Origin: a virus
Taxonomy: Duplodnaviria; Caudoviricetes
IMG/VR virus record: IMGVR_UViG_3300048848_000232
Coordinates: 1-49,365 of that record
Direction: 5' to 3' (one strand)
DNA: 49,365 bases
The notes beneath the pieces were generated by a model. The model saw only the letters and a list, made by a program, of their open reading frames with translations, did not search any database and was not told the origin of the DNA. Position numbers and translations under genes: made by a program. Each line of letters starts with the position of its first letter. The stretch's first letter is position 1. Of the stretch, positions 1-9,319 are shown in pieces.

Positions 1-1098
1 TCAAACACTTAGCACCTGCTTGCCGGTGGTGGAGTTCCCACAAGAATCGGGGGCAGTTCCCCCAAAGCTCAAAATCTTGCCTCCGACGATGCGGTCGAAA
101 GCGCCTTCCGCGATCACCAAAACCCGCGCACGCTTTCCGTAATGCCGAACTGTTTCCGGTGTCATGCCGAGGATCGCGCCTACCTCTGTATCGCTCAAGC
201 CGAGTTCCAACAGGTAACAGCACGCATTCTTGCGGAGCCCGTGGAAGGTGTAGAGCAACTGGTTGTCAGCATCGACGTAGCCGAGCTTACGCATCAGCCG
301 GCGTAGACGCTCCTGGATACGGTCTGTGCCGCTGAAAGGCTTGTGGGACCGATCGTATAGCAGCGTCGTCGCACGCTTCGGCACGCTGGCGATCTCAGCG
401 ATCCACAGCGGGTGCATGGGTATCGCGACCGCCACAGCCGTCTTTTTCTGTTCGTAGATCCGCATCATGCGTCCGTCGTGCCAGCTATGGGCGATCCGGA
501 TGCAGTCGCTAAGCCTCTGACCGCCGCACAGGCCAGTGACGATGGCCAGGCGTAACATCGGGTCAGCCTCTGCGAGCGCCGCCTCCTGCACCTCCGCAGG
601 CCAAGGCTCATGCTCGCCGATCGGGAGCAAGGGAACGCCAGCGGCGGGGTTCGTGGTGATCCAGCCGTATTCCAGCGCCTGCGCCAACATGCCCTTCAGG
701 ACGGCGATCAAGTTGTTGGCCTTCCCCGGCGTGTCGGCGAACTTGTCGCGCAACTTGAAGACGTGAGGCATCCGCATCGGGCGGACAGGGCGGGTGCCAA
801 TCTCGGCTTCGATCAGCTCGACATAATAGAGTTTGTTCCGGCGCGTGGACACTGCCAGCTTAGCCGCGGCCAGCCGTTTGCGATGCTCGACGGCGAGGGC
901 GGCAAAGGTGCCTGCGACCGCGCCGGTGCGAACCTTCCCGCCGCCATTGGCCTTCGCAAGCGCCTCGGCAAATCCAGGGCTGCTAGGGTCGGGCAGTTTG
1001 ACATAGTGGTCCTTCCACTTGCCATCGACCTTCACCTTGAAGCGCCGATAGGTCTGTCCCTTTTTCTGGACGACGCCGGGAATCAAAAGTCTGCCCAC
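1..1098 (-). CDS. int: Phage tyrosine integrase
   Basis: Catalytic motifs GQRLSD (R), KKT, FHGLRK (HxxR), LGMT...RHY (Y); lies at the prophage end. Confidence 0.93.
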   Translation of the reverse strand: MGRLLIPGVVQKKGQTYRRFKVKVDGKWKDHYVKLPDPSSPGFAEALAKANGGGKVRTGAVAGTFAALAVEHRKRLAAAKLAVSTRRNKLYYVELIEAEIGTRPVRPMRMPHVFKLRDKFADTPGKANNLIAVLKGMLAQALEYGWITTNPAAGVPLLPIGEHEPWPAEVQEAALAEADPMLRLAIVTGLCGGQRLSDCIRIAHSWHDGRMMRIYEQKKTAVAVAIPMHPLWIAEIASVPKRATTLLYDRSHKPFSGTDRIQERLRRLMRKLGYVDADNQLLYTFHGLRKNACCYLLELGLSDTEVGAILGMTPETVRHYGKRARVLVIAEGAFDRIVGGKILSFGGTAPDSCGNSTTGKQVLSV

Positions 1099-1316
1099 CC
1101 GTCGTTGGATGCGCCAAGCCCGCTCTTGGCGTCAACCCAGGCATCCAGCACGCGGGTATCCCACAGAGGCACCTTGCCGTTATAGTCCGATGGTGAAGGC
1201 ACCTGTCCCGCCGATCGCTGCGAACGAAAGGCCGTGCGGCTGCGACCGAGATAGGTTGCTGCCTGGTCCTCGCCGACGAGTCGCGGGGCGATCTCAGCTT
1301 TGCGCGCGCTAGTCAT
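1083..1316 (-). CDS. Excisionase / AlpA-like HTH protein
   Basis: 77 aa MTSARKAEIAPRLVGEDQAATYLGRSRTAF...PLWDTRVLDAWVD, overlapping the int start. Confidence 0.75.
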   Translation of the reverse strand: MTSARKAEIAPRLVGEDQAATYLGRSRTAFRSQRSAGQVPSPSDYNGKVPLWDTRVLDAWVDAKSGLGASNDGWADF

Positions 1317-1572
1317 CCCCACGCTCCTTCCCCCCAACAACCCCCGCCGTCGCCCCCTGTTCGGAGAGGTGGGCGGCACGTCGCTGCATTGCGGTGACCG
1401 TAATCGCCAGCAGCTCGGAAACGTCTTCCGCCTCTCCAGGCGTAAGGTCGGACGGAAACTCGAATAGCACACGACCGGTATCGGTCGGCCATTCCAGGCG
1501 CATCATGCGTGGTTCCGCGACCCCCGCCACGTCTGCAACTGCCCCCGCCTCGGTGTTGGTGGTCGGGTTCAT
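1309..1572 (-). CDS. Hypothetical phage protein
   Basis: 87 aa ORF overlapping both neighbours in the leftward operon. Confidence 0.6.
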   Translation of the reverse strand: MNPTTNTEAGAVADVAGVAEPRMMRLEWPTDTGRVLFEFPSDLTPGEAEDVSELLAITVTAMQRRAAHLSEQGATAGVVGGKERGDD

Positions 1573-1838
1573 GAGGGTTGGCCTTTCAGGCGGGTGATGC
1601 GTAGCTCAGGCACTTGATTCCGAGACGAGTTCTGGGCATACAAGCACACGTGTTGGCGTGAGCCGGGAGCCTTAATCCCGTTCATTCTCAGCCCGAGGGT
1701 CGGGCATTGGCCGAGACCTTCCCTCCAGCGGCTCCAATCAGGTATCCTACACCTGAGCCTGGACCGCTGGGTCAGGGGCACCCACCGCCTCTCCAGTTGT
1801 GCCATACCGACGTTCCAGAATGTGACGCTTTCACTCAT
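1569..1838 (-). CDS. Hypothetical phage protein
   Basis: ATGA-coupled ORF starting MSESVTFWN; atypical codon usage. Confidence 0.45.
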   Translation of the reverse strand: MSESVTFWNVGMAQLERRWVPLTQRSRLRCRIPDWSRWREGLGQCPTLGLRMNGIKAPGSRQHVCLYAQNSSRNQVPELRITRLKGQPS

Positions 1839-2134
1839 CTTCCAGCCCCTTCGTGTTGCGAGCGTGAGGTGGCGAGACGGGCAGCGGCGACAGCTTCGGC
1901 GAAAGTCTGGCCGCGTCCGATCACATCCCATTCGCGATCGTTGATCGAGCCGCTTTCCTTCTCGACCCGCCACTCTTCGGACTGGTCGTCATCATCCCCG
2001 TACATCGGCGAGTAGAACGACAGTGTCAGACGGCGTTGAGTGTCGAGCCAGCGCATGTCATCGGCAGCGCTACCGGACGCCTGATCGCATGGCAGCGCGC
2101 CGCATGTCGGGCAGCTTTCCAGATGCTCGATCAC
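1835..2134 (-). CDS. Hypothetical phage protein (N-terminal CxxC)
   Basis: 99 aa, ATGA overlaps on both sides. Confidence 0.65.
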   Translation of the reverse strand: MIEHLESCPTCGALPCDQASGSAADDMRWLDTQRRLTLSFYSPMYGDDDDQSEEWRVEKESGSINDREWDVIGRGQTFAEAVAAARLATSRSQHEGAGR

Positions 2135-2802
2135 TTCCCCTCTCCCTGCGGCAAGAGGCGGATGGCGGCAGCGATCGACCGTGCGATGCGGTTTTCGTGC
2201 GCCGTCGCAAACGCCGGATCGATCCAGGATTCCGCCACCTTCGCAGCCGCCTCGACCCCACGGGCAACCCCTTCGTCATCCCCTGCCGCAACGGTGGCGA
2301 GAGCTTCGGTATGCGCTGCGAGCGTGCGGGCATTGTGGGTGCTTCCGGTGCGCATCGACCGACCATCAGCCATTTGAAGCGCTTCGGGGCCATGTTGCAC
2401 ATCAGGCGACCCGTCTGCCCCAACCGTCAAAACGGTCAGGTACGCGTTCGGGCGGGCCGCAATGAACTCCCGCATAATCTGCGGTAGTTGCGATCTCGGC
2501 CATGATCCTTTGCGGTCCGGCACTTTACCCGGCTCGTGAACGATCAGCCAGAAACGCGCCTCCACCTCCCCCGGCGCTGGCATCGCCACTTGCAACGAAA
2601 CGTCGTGTTCGTGAAATCCGGTTGCCGCACTTTGCACATCGGTTGAAAGTGACGGCGCTGGTGGGGTTTGCGGTGAAAGGACGGACATGGCACGGAGAGC
2701 GGCGCGGCGAGCAAAGCCGGGCGAATGCATACCGGTTGCGAGATGTTCCGCGCATAACGCGGCGTCATAAATCGCCTCGGGGCTCGGGTTGGGATTGGTC
2801 AT
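2131..2802 (-). CDS. Mosaic early accessory protein
   Basis: 223 aa; shares the MTNPNPSPE start and an internal module with 3137..4033. Confidence 0.7.
   Translation of the reverse strand: MTNPNPSPEAIYDAALCAEHLATGMHSPGFARRAALRAMSVLSPQTPPAPSLSTDVQSAATGFHEHDVSLQVAMPAPGEVEARFWLIVHEPGKVPDRKGSWPRSQLPQIMREFIAARPNAYLTVLTVGADGSPDVQHGPEALQMADGRSMRTGSTHNARTLAAHTEALATVAAGDDEGVARGVEAAAKVAESWIDPAFATAHENRIARSIAAAIRLLPQGEGK
2563..2655 (+). repeat. 93-bp direct repeat, copy 1 (copy 2 at 3674-3766)
   Basis: 90/93 identical by manual alignment. Confidence 0.9.
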
Positions 2803-3140
2803 GCGGATACCTTTCCACGAAGGCGACGCGCGCGGCGCTTGGACAGCGGCTTAGGCGTGTCGATGAAGGTGATTTCCCGGCCACTGGTGCGGTACGGTTT
2901 GCGAGCGGAGCGCGGTGAACATCCAAGCCAGCCACCATCAGCACGCAAGCTGGCGATGGTGTCCGATATGCTCGGACCGCCATAAAGCGAGTCCAGCACG
3001 TCCGAACGGCTATGGTCTGGCGCGTCACCTATGGTAATGATCTGCGCGCCAACGCCAGACAGGGCGGCGAGAAGCGCAATATCCCCGCCAAGACCGCGAG
3101 CATCCAGCACCGCGATCACGGGGCGTTCACCCGCGCTCAC
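2799..3140 (-). CDS. Hypothetical protein with basic C-terminus
   Basis: GTG start coupled to the upstream stop; ends KPLSKRRARRLRGKVSA. Confidence 0.6.
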   Translation of the reverse strand: MSAGERPVIAVLDARGLGGDIALLAALSGVGAQIITIGDAPDHSRSDVLDSLYGGPSISDTIASLRADGGWLGCSPRSARKPYRTSGREITFIDTPKPLSKRRARRLRGKVSA

Positions 3141-4033
3141 TTCGCACCCCCAGCGGCGCGGGAATGCCCAATCAAGTTGAGCGCGATCCACGATGGGATC
3201 GATACGGCATAGCTAGCAGCGATATTGTCTGCGTGCGTATCCATCCCATTCTTGCGCAACTCAGCTACCAGTGCGGCGCGCGCGTCCTCCCAAGCGGGAT
3301 CGCCGGGACTGATCAGCAGACCGCGCAACCGTTCGATCTCGTCTTGTAGCTCCGCTTCTCGCGTCTGAGTGGCATTGGGAGTGAGGGCGGCGAAAGGTTC
3401 ACTAGCGCTGAACCACGCATTGATGTCAGCTTTCATCGCGTTGCAAACGTTCGGATCATCAAGGGCGGCGGAAAGCCAACTGCCCAAGGCAACGCTAGCC
3501 GTGCGCCACTTCGCTATCCGCTCCACCTCCCCCGGCACTGGCAGCGCAACTGTTACAGTTTCCGCAACAGTTGCCTCCACCTCCCCCGGCGCTGGCGGAA
3601 TCATCTGCCAAATTGCTTTCAGGTCGTCTTGGCTTGGGCCAATTTGTGGCTGGCTTTCCGCGTGACGGTTCGGCACCTCCCCCGGCGCTGGCATCGCCAC
3701 TTCCAACGAAACGTCGCGTTCGTGAACTCCGGTTGCCGCACTTTGCACATCGGTTGAAAGTGACGGGGGTGAAGGGGTTTGGGAGAGGGCGGCGGGAAGC
3801 GGGGCCCAACCAGCAAAGCAGATGTCAGGCACGCCGCCATAGCCGGGGAACAGGGCCCACCCCAGGTCGTAGTCGCTTGCCGTCTTGCCCTCATGCCGGA
3901 TCACGAACGCGCGACCGTTCCAATGCTCGGTGCGCTCGTTGTCGATCGAGCGGTAATAGCCGACGATGTAGCTGCCGTCCTTTGGCGCTTCCGACATCGG
4001 CTGCAACTCGGGGCTCGGGTTGGGATTGGTCAT
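3137..4033 (-). CDS. Mosaic early accessory protein (DUF551-like N-terminal domain)
   Basis: QPMSEAPKDGS...WAPLP resembles the DUF551/Ea-type motif; three PxPGEV repeats. Confidence 0.7.
   Translation of the reverse strand: MTNPNPSPELQPMSEAPKDGSYIVGYYRSIDNERTEHWNGRAFVIRHEGKTASDYDLGWALFPGYGGVPDICFAGWAPLPAALSQTPSPPSLSTDVQSAATGVHERDVSLEVAMPAPGEVPNRHAESQPQIGPSQDDLKAIWQMIPPAPGEVEATVAETVTVALPVPGEVERIAKWRTASVALGSWLSAALDDPNVCNAMKADINAWFSASEPFAALTPNATQTREAELQDEIERLRGLLISPGDPAWEDARAALVAELRKNGMDTHADNIAASYAVSIPSWIALNLIGHSRAAGGAK
3674..3766 (+). repeat. 93-bp direct repeat, copy 2
   Basis: Matches 2563-2655. Confidence 0.9.
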
Positions 4034-4413
4034 GCGAGAACATCCTCAAGAGCATGGGCGAGGCGGGCGATGTGCGTGCGCGCTGCCTGTGTTGCGAAAC
4101 CAAGGGCGTCTTCCGGGGTGTCGGCGTATTCGATGAACTGAACCATCGTGCGGCCTGCCGTGTCGAGCTTTGGCTCAATCCATGCCGAATACCGCGGACT
4201 ATCCTTGCGGATTGTGACGCACCCCTTCTGGATAGAGTAATGCCAACCCATATTTTCCCACACATGAGGAGCCCAGCCGTCGCCCATGCGTGCAGCCAAC
4301 TCGGCAGCGGCAGCACAGGCGGCGTTGTAAGCCTCAAGCGTGCATTTGAACCCACACCATGGAGCGCAGTAGATTTCGCCACGGAGCACCGCTGGCTGAT
4401 CGAACCGGCTCAC
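4030..4413 (-). CDS. Hypothetical phage protein
   Basis: 127 aa, translationally coupled. Confidence 0.7.
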   Translation of the reverse strand: MSRFDQPAVLRGEIYCAPWCGFKCTLEAYNAACAAAAELAARMGDGWAPHVWENMGWHYSIQKGCVTIRKDSPRYSAWIEPKLDTAGRTMVQFIEYADTPEDALGFATQAARTHIARLAHALEDVLA

Positions 4414-5075
4414 TGTGCGGATCCGGCCAACAGGGCGGCGAGAAGCTTGGTAACGCGCGCGCGGCAGGTTCCAACGTCCTTTGCGTCAGCAATTTCCCGA
4501 AACACCTCGTCCGGTATGTCGCGCAACTCCGCCTCCCGCGTATGGGTGGGATCGGGAAGGGCCCTCGCCGCGTTTGTCAGTCGCTCGATGCGCTCCGGGA
4601 GCTTAGGCCATGAACCGTCCGCTTCAGCGTGTTCGACGGCCATCGCGCTTTCCAAGGTCGTGACAAGATTGCCGAGGTGGACAAGCTCTTGACGCATCGC
4701 ATCATTCTGATCGAGAGCTATGGATAGCGTCTCCGCCACACCTTCCCCCAACCTGTCAGCTTTCCTTGCAGGTTCGGTGAGGCGGGCATTGATGACGGCA
4801 GTCTCGATCCCGTCGACCAGATCCACCATCTGCATTTCGCCAGTGCCAATGTCAGACGGCGCGGGGTTCGACATGAGGTCGACCAGCGGATAAGCGTCGC
4901 TAGGATCGTCTGAGTAGCACATGTTCGTCAGCCGGAACTCGCGAACAGCCTTGTAGATTGCCCGGTTCAACGGGCTACGGATCTCAAGATGCTTGGTCGC
5001 ATCGTCGCTGCATTCACCGGCCAACCGATGAATAGCCTCCCCCGCAACCGGCACCGCTTGCTGAACGTCCGTCAT
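4410..5075 (-). CDS. Hypothetical mosaic phage protein
   Basis: 221 aa, coupled; TREAEL motif shared with 3137..4033. Confidence 0.7.
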   Translation of the reverse strand: MTDVQQAVPVAGEAIHRLAGECSDDATKHLEIRSPLNRAIYKAVREFRLTNMCYSDDPSDAYPLVDLMSNPAPSDIGTGEMQMVDLVDGIETAVINARLTEPARKADRLGEGVAETLSIALDQNDAMRQELVHLGNLVTTLESAMAVEHAEADGSWPKLPERIERLTNAARALPDPTHTREAELRDIPDEVFREIADAKDVGTCRARVTKLLAALLAGSAQ

Positions 5076-5344
5076 GCTGCGAGTTCCCTCTTCTCAGCCG
5101 CAGCTTTTGCGCGCGCTTCGGCCTGGTTGCGGAGTTTCGCGCGTGCCATGTGAAGCGCACAGTCGAGGGTGACGCTCTCGCTGGTGGCCGTGTCGCCGTT
5201 AGCCCCGACCGTGACCGACACGCTGCCGTCGAAGCTCTCGCTGTTCGGAGCATGCGCGGTGAAGGCCAGCGTCACGAAACGCTCGTCGGGGTGGCGGATG
5301 CTCTGGAGCATGACGCCGATTGCGTTGATCTCTGCGGGGCTCAT
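5072..5344 (-). CDS. Hypothetical phage protein
   Basis: MSPAEINAIG..., ATGA coupling. Confidence 0.65.
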   Translation of the reverse strand: MSPAEINAIGVMLQSIRHPDERFVTLAFTAHAPNSESFDGSVSVTVGANGDTATSESVTLDCALHMARAKLRNQAEARAKAAAEKRELAA

Positions 5345-6075
5345 GCTGCAGTCCCCCGATCCCAAGCGCGTTCCCGAGCGTCAACGATGGCCGGATCTGC
5401 TGCGATGTTGAGCACGTTCGCCGCCTTGTCCGCGGCTTCGATGGCTTCGGGGGTGGCGGCTGCGTCGAACATGGCGACGGTGTCGGTGGCGTCCGTGTTC
5501 GACGGGGTCATCTCGGCTTTGCGTTCGGCAAGCACCGGCTTCAGTGCCTCACGATGCGACGCCATCGCCTTCTTGCGCCATGCCTGTTCGAGTTCGTCGA
5601 GCGTCTTGGCCGTGCGGAGGGATAGTTCGGCGCCTTCGAACGTCAGCTCGTCGGATGCGTCGCGCGGTACGGCGGTCGGCAGCGGCTGGAACGTGTAAAG
5701 CCGCTTCTTGCCTTGGGCCTCGGTCAGCTTGATGTTAGCCGCTTTGTCGATATGCGACATGTGGCTGATACGGATGCCACCAACCTCGCCATCAGCACCG
5801 AACCGCACGGTCGGATCACGGAACACGCGCACAGACTTGCCGACCATCTGCTGTTCGTCGGCGATTGCCCATGCCATCACCATCGCGCGGCCCATCGTTT
5901 TGCAAGGCTTCCACGGCTTCCCGTTGTCGCCGTCGTAGTTCAGCACGACCTTGGTATCGCGACCGTCGCGAACGATGCGCGCGCCGGTGATCTTGAGAAC
6001 GCGGGGGCCGGCGATCAGGTCGTCGGCGTTAAGCTGGTCCGACTTAGGCGCCAGTGCTTCTGCGAGAGTAGTCAT
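5341..6075 (-). CDS. Conserved phage protein, putative ssDNA-binding/annealing partner of the exonuclease
   Basis: 244 aa (SDQLNADDLIAGP...GGIRISHMSHI) directly downstream of the YqaJ gene; function inferred from position. Confidence 0.6.
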   Translation of the reverse strand: MTTLAEALAPKSDQLNADDLIAGPRVLKITGARIVRDGRDTKVVLNYDGDNGKPWKPCKTMGRAMVMAWAIADEQQMVGKSVRVFRDPTVRFGADGEVGGIRISHMSHIDKAANIKLTEAQGKKRLYTFQPLPTAVPRDASDELTFEGAELSLRTAKTLDELEQAWRKKAMASHREALKPVLAERKAEMTPSNTDATDTVAMFDAAATPEAIEAADKAANVLNIAADPAIVDARERAWDRGTAA

Positions 6076-6848
6076 AGGTAAATGAGCCTTTCGGTTGCCA
6101 CAAGCCGAGCGTCAGACGCGACCAGCTTTTCATAGATTTCGCGCTTCTCATTGAGGCGCTGTTCGAAGGTGATTGCCGCGTTCCCGATCGCATCTTGAAC
6201 GACCGGATCGGGGTAAACGCGGACGACCGGCATCAGCATTCCGCCGCTGTAGCTGAGGAAATCCAGCCACTTGCGTTCGGCGATCATCAGCCCGGTTTGA
6301 CACTGGATCATGTAGTCGGGCGGGATCGTGCCAACCGCGACATGCTCGACCAGCGTCTTCATCTGTAGCTTCTGGATGCGCGACTTCACCTCGATCAGCC
6401 CATCATCACCGACCAAGCCATCCGGCGAGTATCCGATGACGAACCCGAGAAAATCGTTCGTGATAAAGCCGACTTCCTCGACCGGCGCGAACATCTCCGC
6501 ATACTTGTTGCGGGCATGTTCCTCGTCGAACTTGCCGCGCTCCATGTCGAAGCTCTCGAAATGCGGCTCGACGTAGTTGTTCACGCGCTGTGCCAGTAGT
6601 TCGTAGAGGTGGGTTTTGACGGCGTCGTTGTCCGCGACCTTGAGCGAAGGCGTGATGATCAGCTTCATCTCGCTGGCTGTCAGGATGCCGCGGCGAAGGT
6701 CTAACCACTCCTGCGTGCCCTGTTCGACATCACGATGGTAGATTGCTCGGCTGGCGGGCTTCGGCGTTGCGGCAGGCGCATAATCATCCGGCGCCGCGGC
6801 ATCCTCGCGCTCGACGAAATCCGCCTCGAATGGGTTGAAACCGTCCAT
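6072..6848 (-). CDS. YqaJ / lambda-exonuclease family protein
   Basis: QGTQEWLDLRRGILTAS, YSPDGLVG, IEVKS, YMIQCQ motifs. Confidence 0.9.
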   Translation of the reverse strand: MDGFNPFEADFVEREDAAAPDDYAPAATPKPASRAIYHRDVEQGTQEWLDLRRGILTASEMKLIITPSLKVADNDAVKTHLYELLAQRVNNYVEPHFESFDMERGKFDEEHARNKYAEMFAPVEEVGFITNDFLGFVIGYSPDGLVGDDGLIEVKSRIQKLQMKTLVEHVAVGTIPPDYMIQCQTGLMIAERKWLDFLSYSGGMLMPVVRVYPDPVVQDAIGNAAITFEQRLNEKREIYEKLVASDARLVATERLIYL

Positions 6849-6850
6849 GG

Positions 6851-7999
6851 TCAGAACCCCAACGTGACGGCGGGGATCTCACCGGCAATGATTGCCAGCA
6901 CGATCTTCTGCGCCGTCTCTTCGTCGCAACCGCAAGTCATGATCGCCTGCTTGGCAGCGGTCTTGACGCGGGTCCGGTGAGCGATGTTCGCCTGACGCTT
7001 GGCCTGCTCCTTGGCAACGCGCTCGGCTTCGGCCTGTGCAGCGGCTTCGGTTGCCTTGCGCTCGCGTTCAATCTGCGCAGCCCGATCAGCCTCGGCCTGG
7101 CGAAGGCGTTCGGCTTCTGCGGCCTTGGCTCGCTCGGCTGCGATCTCTTCCTGATGCGCCCGGTCGCGTGCTTCCTGTTCGGCGCGGGCGGTTGCAGCGG
7201 CTTCGTCACGCGCGGCCTGTGCAGCGGCTTCCTGTGCCGCACGGATGCGGTCGGCGTCAGCCTTCTCGGCAGCGGCCTTTCGTTCGGCTGCAACCCGCTC
7301 AGCTTCTATCCGGTCACGCTCGCGTTGTGCCTCGGCTTCACGCTCGGCAGCGATGCGGTCCGCTTCTTCGCGTTCGGCCCGCAGCTTGGCGAGTTCGGCG
7401 CGGTCGGCTTCCTCGCGGGTCAGGCGAGCCAGCGCGGCCTTGAGGCTGTCGATCGAAGCAGCCTTGACCGACTCCGCTTCCGGCAACAGATCACCGAACG
7501 CGGCCGGATCGAACGCCATGTTATACACGATGCTGCCCCGCTCGCGAACCATCGCCGCGGTATCCTCGACAGCCACCTTGCCCATTTCGCGCAAGCCACC
7601 GATGATCTTTTCGGCATGGTCAATCCGCGCCTTCTCGGCAGCTTCCCACGCGGTCAAAGGCGCGCGGACTTCCTCGGCCAAACCGCTCAGGCGCTCTTCG
7701 ATCACCTTGCCAGCGTCGTTCGCCAGCTTGGTGTTGTCGCGCCATTCCTTCGTCAGTGTGAGGCGAGCCTTGTCGATCGATGCCTTAGCGCGGACGACCC
7801 GAGCGGCAACCGAACGGATCTCGTCACGGCCCTTGGCGCTCGACGTGTCGGGAACCAGCTTGTCGGTTTCGGCCTTCATCTTGTCGTAGAAGGCGTCGAA
7901 CTTCTCGCTATCGAGTAGCACGAGTCCGGGGTTCTGACTGACGACTACAACGATGTCCGTCGCAGGCGTTTCAGAGGCGAGTTCAAGCTGAGCGTTCAA
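6851..7999 (-). CDS. Coiled-coil phage early protein (Ala/Glu/Arg-rich)
   Basis: 382 aa, TTG start with GGAG RBS; globular N-terminus plus long coiled coil. Confidence 0.75.
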   Translation of the reverse strand: MNAQLELASETPATDIVVVVSQNPGLVLLDSEKFDAFYDKMKAETDKLVPDTSSAKGRDEIRSVAARVVRAKASIDKARLTLTKEWRDNTKLANDAGKVIEERLSGLAEEVRAPLTAWEAAEKARIDHAEKIIGGLREMGKVAVEDTAAMVRERGSIVYNMAFDPAAFGDLLPEAESVKAASIDSLKAALARLTREEADRAELAKLRAEREEADRIAAEREAEAQRERDRIEAERVAAERKAAAEKADADRIRAAQEAAAQAARDEAAATARAEQEARDRAHQEEIAAERAKAAEAERLRQAEADRAAQIERERKATEAAAQAEAERVAKEQAKRQANIAHRTRVKTAAKQAIMTCGCDEETAQKIVLAIIAGEIPAVTLGF

Positions 8000-8157
8000 A
8001 GGACGTTCTCCACACGAGGAAAGGCGGGGGTGGCGGCATCCCGTTTCCGCTCAGCCCAAGTCCGACCGTCGAAACCGCGGAGAGGGAAGGCGGATACGGT
8101 TGCGCCGGGGATGAAGGGGCGGGCGCGGGTGAGGGATTTGATCGACGCGGGGATCAT
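7996..8157 (-). CDS. Small hypothetical protein (53 aa)
   Basis: MIPASIKSLTRAR...; fills the gap with 4-nt overlaps at both ends. Confidence 0.45.
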   Translation of the reverse strand: MIPASIKSLTRARPFIPGATVSAFPLRGFDGRTWAERKRDAATPAFPRVENVL

Positions 8158-8498
8158 GCGTCACCTGCGCGGGCTAGGGTGGCGGCTTCACGAAGCTTGG
8201 CGACGACTTCAGCTTGGGTGCGGTTGCGCGCATCGTTCCATTCGGCGATGCTCGTTCCCTTCAGCATCTTTGCGAGGAAAACTTCAGCGGCCACCATAAC
8301 CTCTTCATCATCGGTCACCTGCTCTATGGCCCCATAGGTGCACCAACAGACCGCTGGCCCGCGAAACTCGGTCAGGCCCGTGTTCTCCCCAGCCGCGTTC
8401 TTGGCGAAGTCGCCTTGGATCCAAGCACCTTCCGGCTCGATCAGATCAGCCGCTTTGCTCAGAACATCAGCAACAGACAGTGGTGTATCGGTCAGCAT
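8154..8498 (-). CDS. DUF6197-like phage protein
   Basis: KAADLIE..GAWIQG...VCWCTYGAI...WNDARNRTQAEVVAKL pattern. Confidence 0.65.
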   Translation of the reverse strand: MLTDTPLSVADVLSKAADLIEPEGAWIQGDFAKNAAGENTGLTEFRGPAVCWCTYGAIEQVTDDEEVMVAAEVFLAKMLKGTSIAEWNDARNRTQAEVVAKLREAATLARAGDA

Positions 8499-8701
8499 TT
8501 CGGGGGCTCCTTGGTGCCGATGGCCGGGATTTCGACGCCGTCTGCGTTCTCGAAACGAGGCGAATGAAAGTCGCCGTCGTCGCACCGCAAGCAGATCATG
8601 ATCACGGCAACGGCTTCTTGCGGATCGCTGTCATCGCGTGGGACCTGCATTTTAGTGTCGCAGCGAGGGCAGCGCAGTGTGATTTGCGAACCGTCCATCA
8701 C
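8492..8701 (-). CDS. Small zinc-ribbon protein
   Basis: CPRC...CLRC. Confidence 0.6.
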   Translation of the reverse strand: MMDGSQITLRCPRCDTKMQVPRDDSDPQEAVAVIMICLRCDDGDFHSPRFENADGVEIPAIGTKEPPKC

Positions 8702-8973
8702 GCACCCCTTCCAGCAGGCGCATCGACGGTGCGGGTACGGTCAACGGCCTCGTCGCTGATGCTGAAGATAGCGTTCTGGCCCATAGCGTCGTAGGGGATG
8801 CCCAGCGCGTGCCAGCGAGCGACTTGAAGGTCGTCCAACTGGTCGTCCCAAACCTTCAGTGCCGCACGATCTTCCGGCGTCATGTTGAGGCGCGCTATGC
8901 CAATCAGGCTTTGCGTGATCTCGTGGTATCGCTCCAAATAAGCGAGCTTTGCGGCAGGGCTAAAGGCGCTCAT
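8698..8973 (-). CDS. Hypothetical phage protein
   Basis: 91 aa, coupled. Confidence 0.6.
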   Translation of the reverse strand: MSAFSPAAKLAYLERYHEITQSLIGIARLNMTPEDRAALKVWDDQLDDLQVARWHALGIPYDAMGQNAIFSISDEAVDRTRTVDAPAGRGA

Positions 8974-9170
8974 CAGCTTGCATCCCTCTCAAAAGCAGTA
9001 AGCTCGGCCCACTCGGACGCTGTCAGGTCGCGGGGCATGGCGAGCAGTTCGGTCAGGCGCGCGGGTGACGGGACCCAACGGGCGGTGATCGTCGGCACGT
9101 CTCGGAAGTCCACCGGCTCGAACATCCGCTCGGGCTGCGGGACTAGGAAGGCGGTGGCGAAGGCGTTCAC
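8973..9170 (-). CDS. Hypothetical phage protein
   Basis: GTG start overlapping the upstream TGA. Confidence 0.55.
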   Translation of the reverse strand: MNAFATAFLVPQPERMFEPVDFRDVPTITARWVPSPARLTELLAMPRDLTASEWAELTAFERDAS

Positions 9171-9319
9171 AGCGACCATCCGGCGTTGGCGTTGGCGATC
9201 TCGCGCTGCTCTTCCTTCGACACGCGGTAGCCGTGGCGGGCGCTCGACTTGAAGAACCGCTCCCAGCTTGCGTAGGTCTCGGCTTTGCGCTCCGAGAGGG
9301 GCTTGATTGGCGCGGTCAT
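9167..9319 (-). CDS. Small hypothetical protein (50 aa)
   Basis: MTAPIKPLSERKAETYASWERFF..., coupled on both sides. Confidence 0.55.
   Translation of the reverse strand: MTAPIKPLSERKAETYASWERFFKSSARHGYRVSKEEQREIANANAGWSL

Noticed and set aside
2563-3766. 93-bp repeat as a DGR template/variable pair
   Set aside because: No reverse transcriptase in the window, only three mismatches that are not adenine-specific, and both copies are internal to coding genes
6851-7999. TolA-like envelope protein
   Set aside because: The similarity would be compositional (Ala/Glu/Arg coiled coil); no TM anchor
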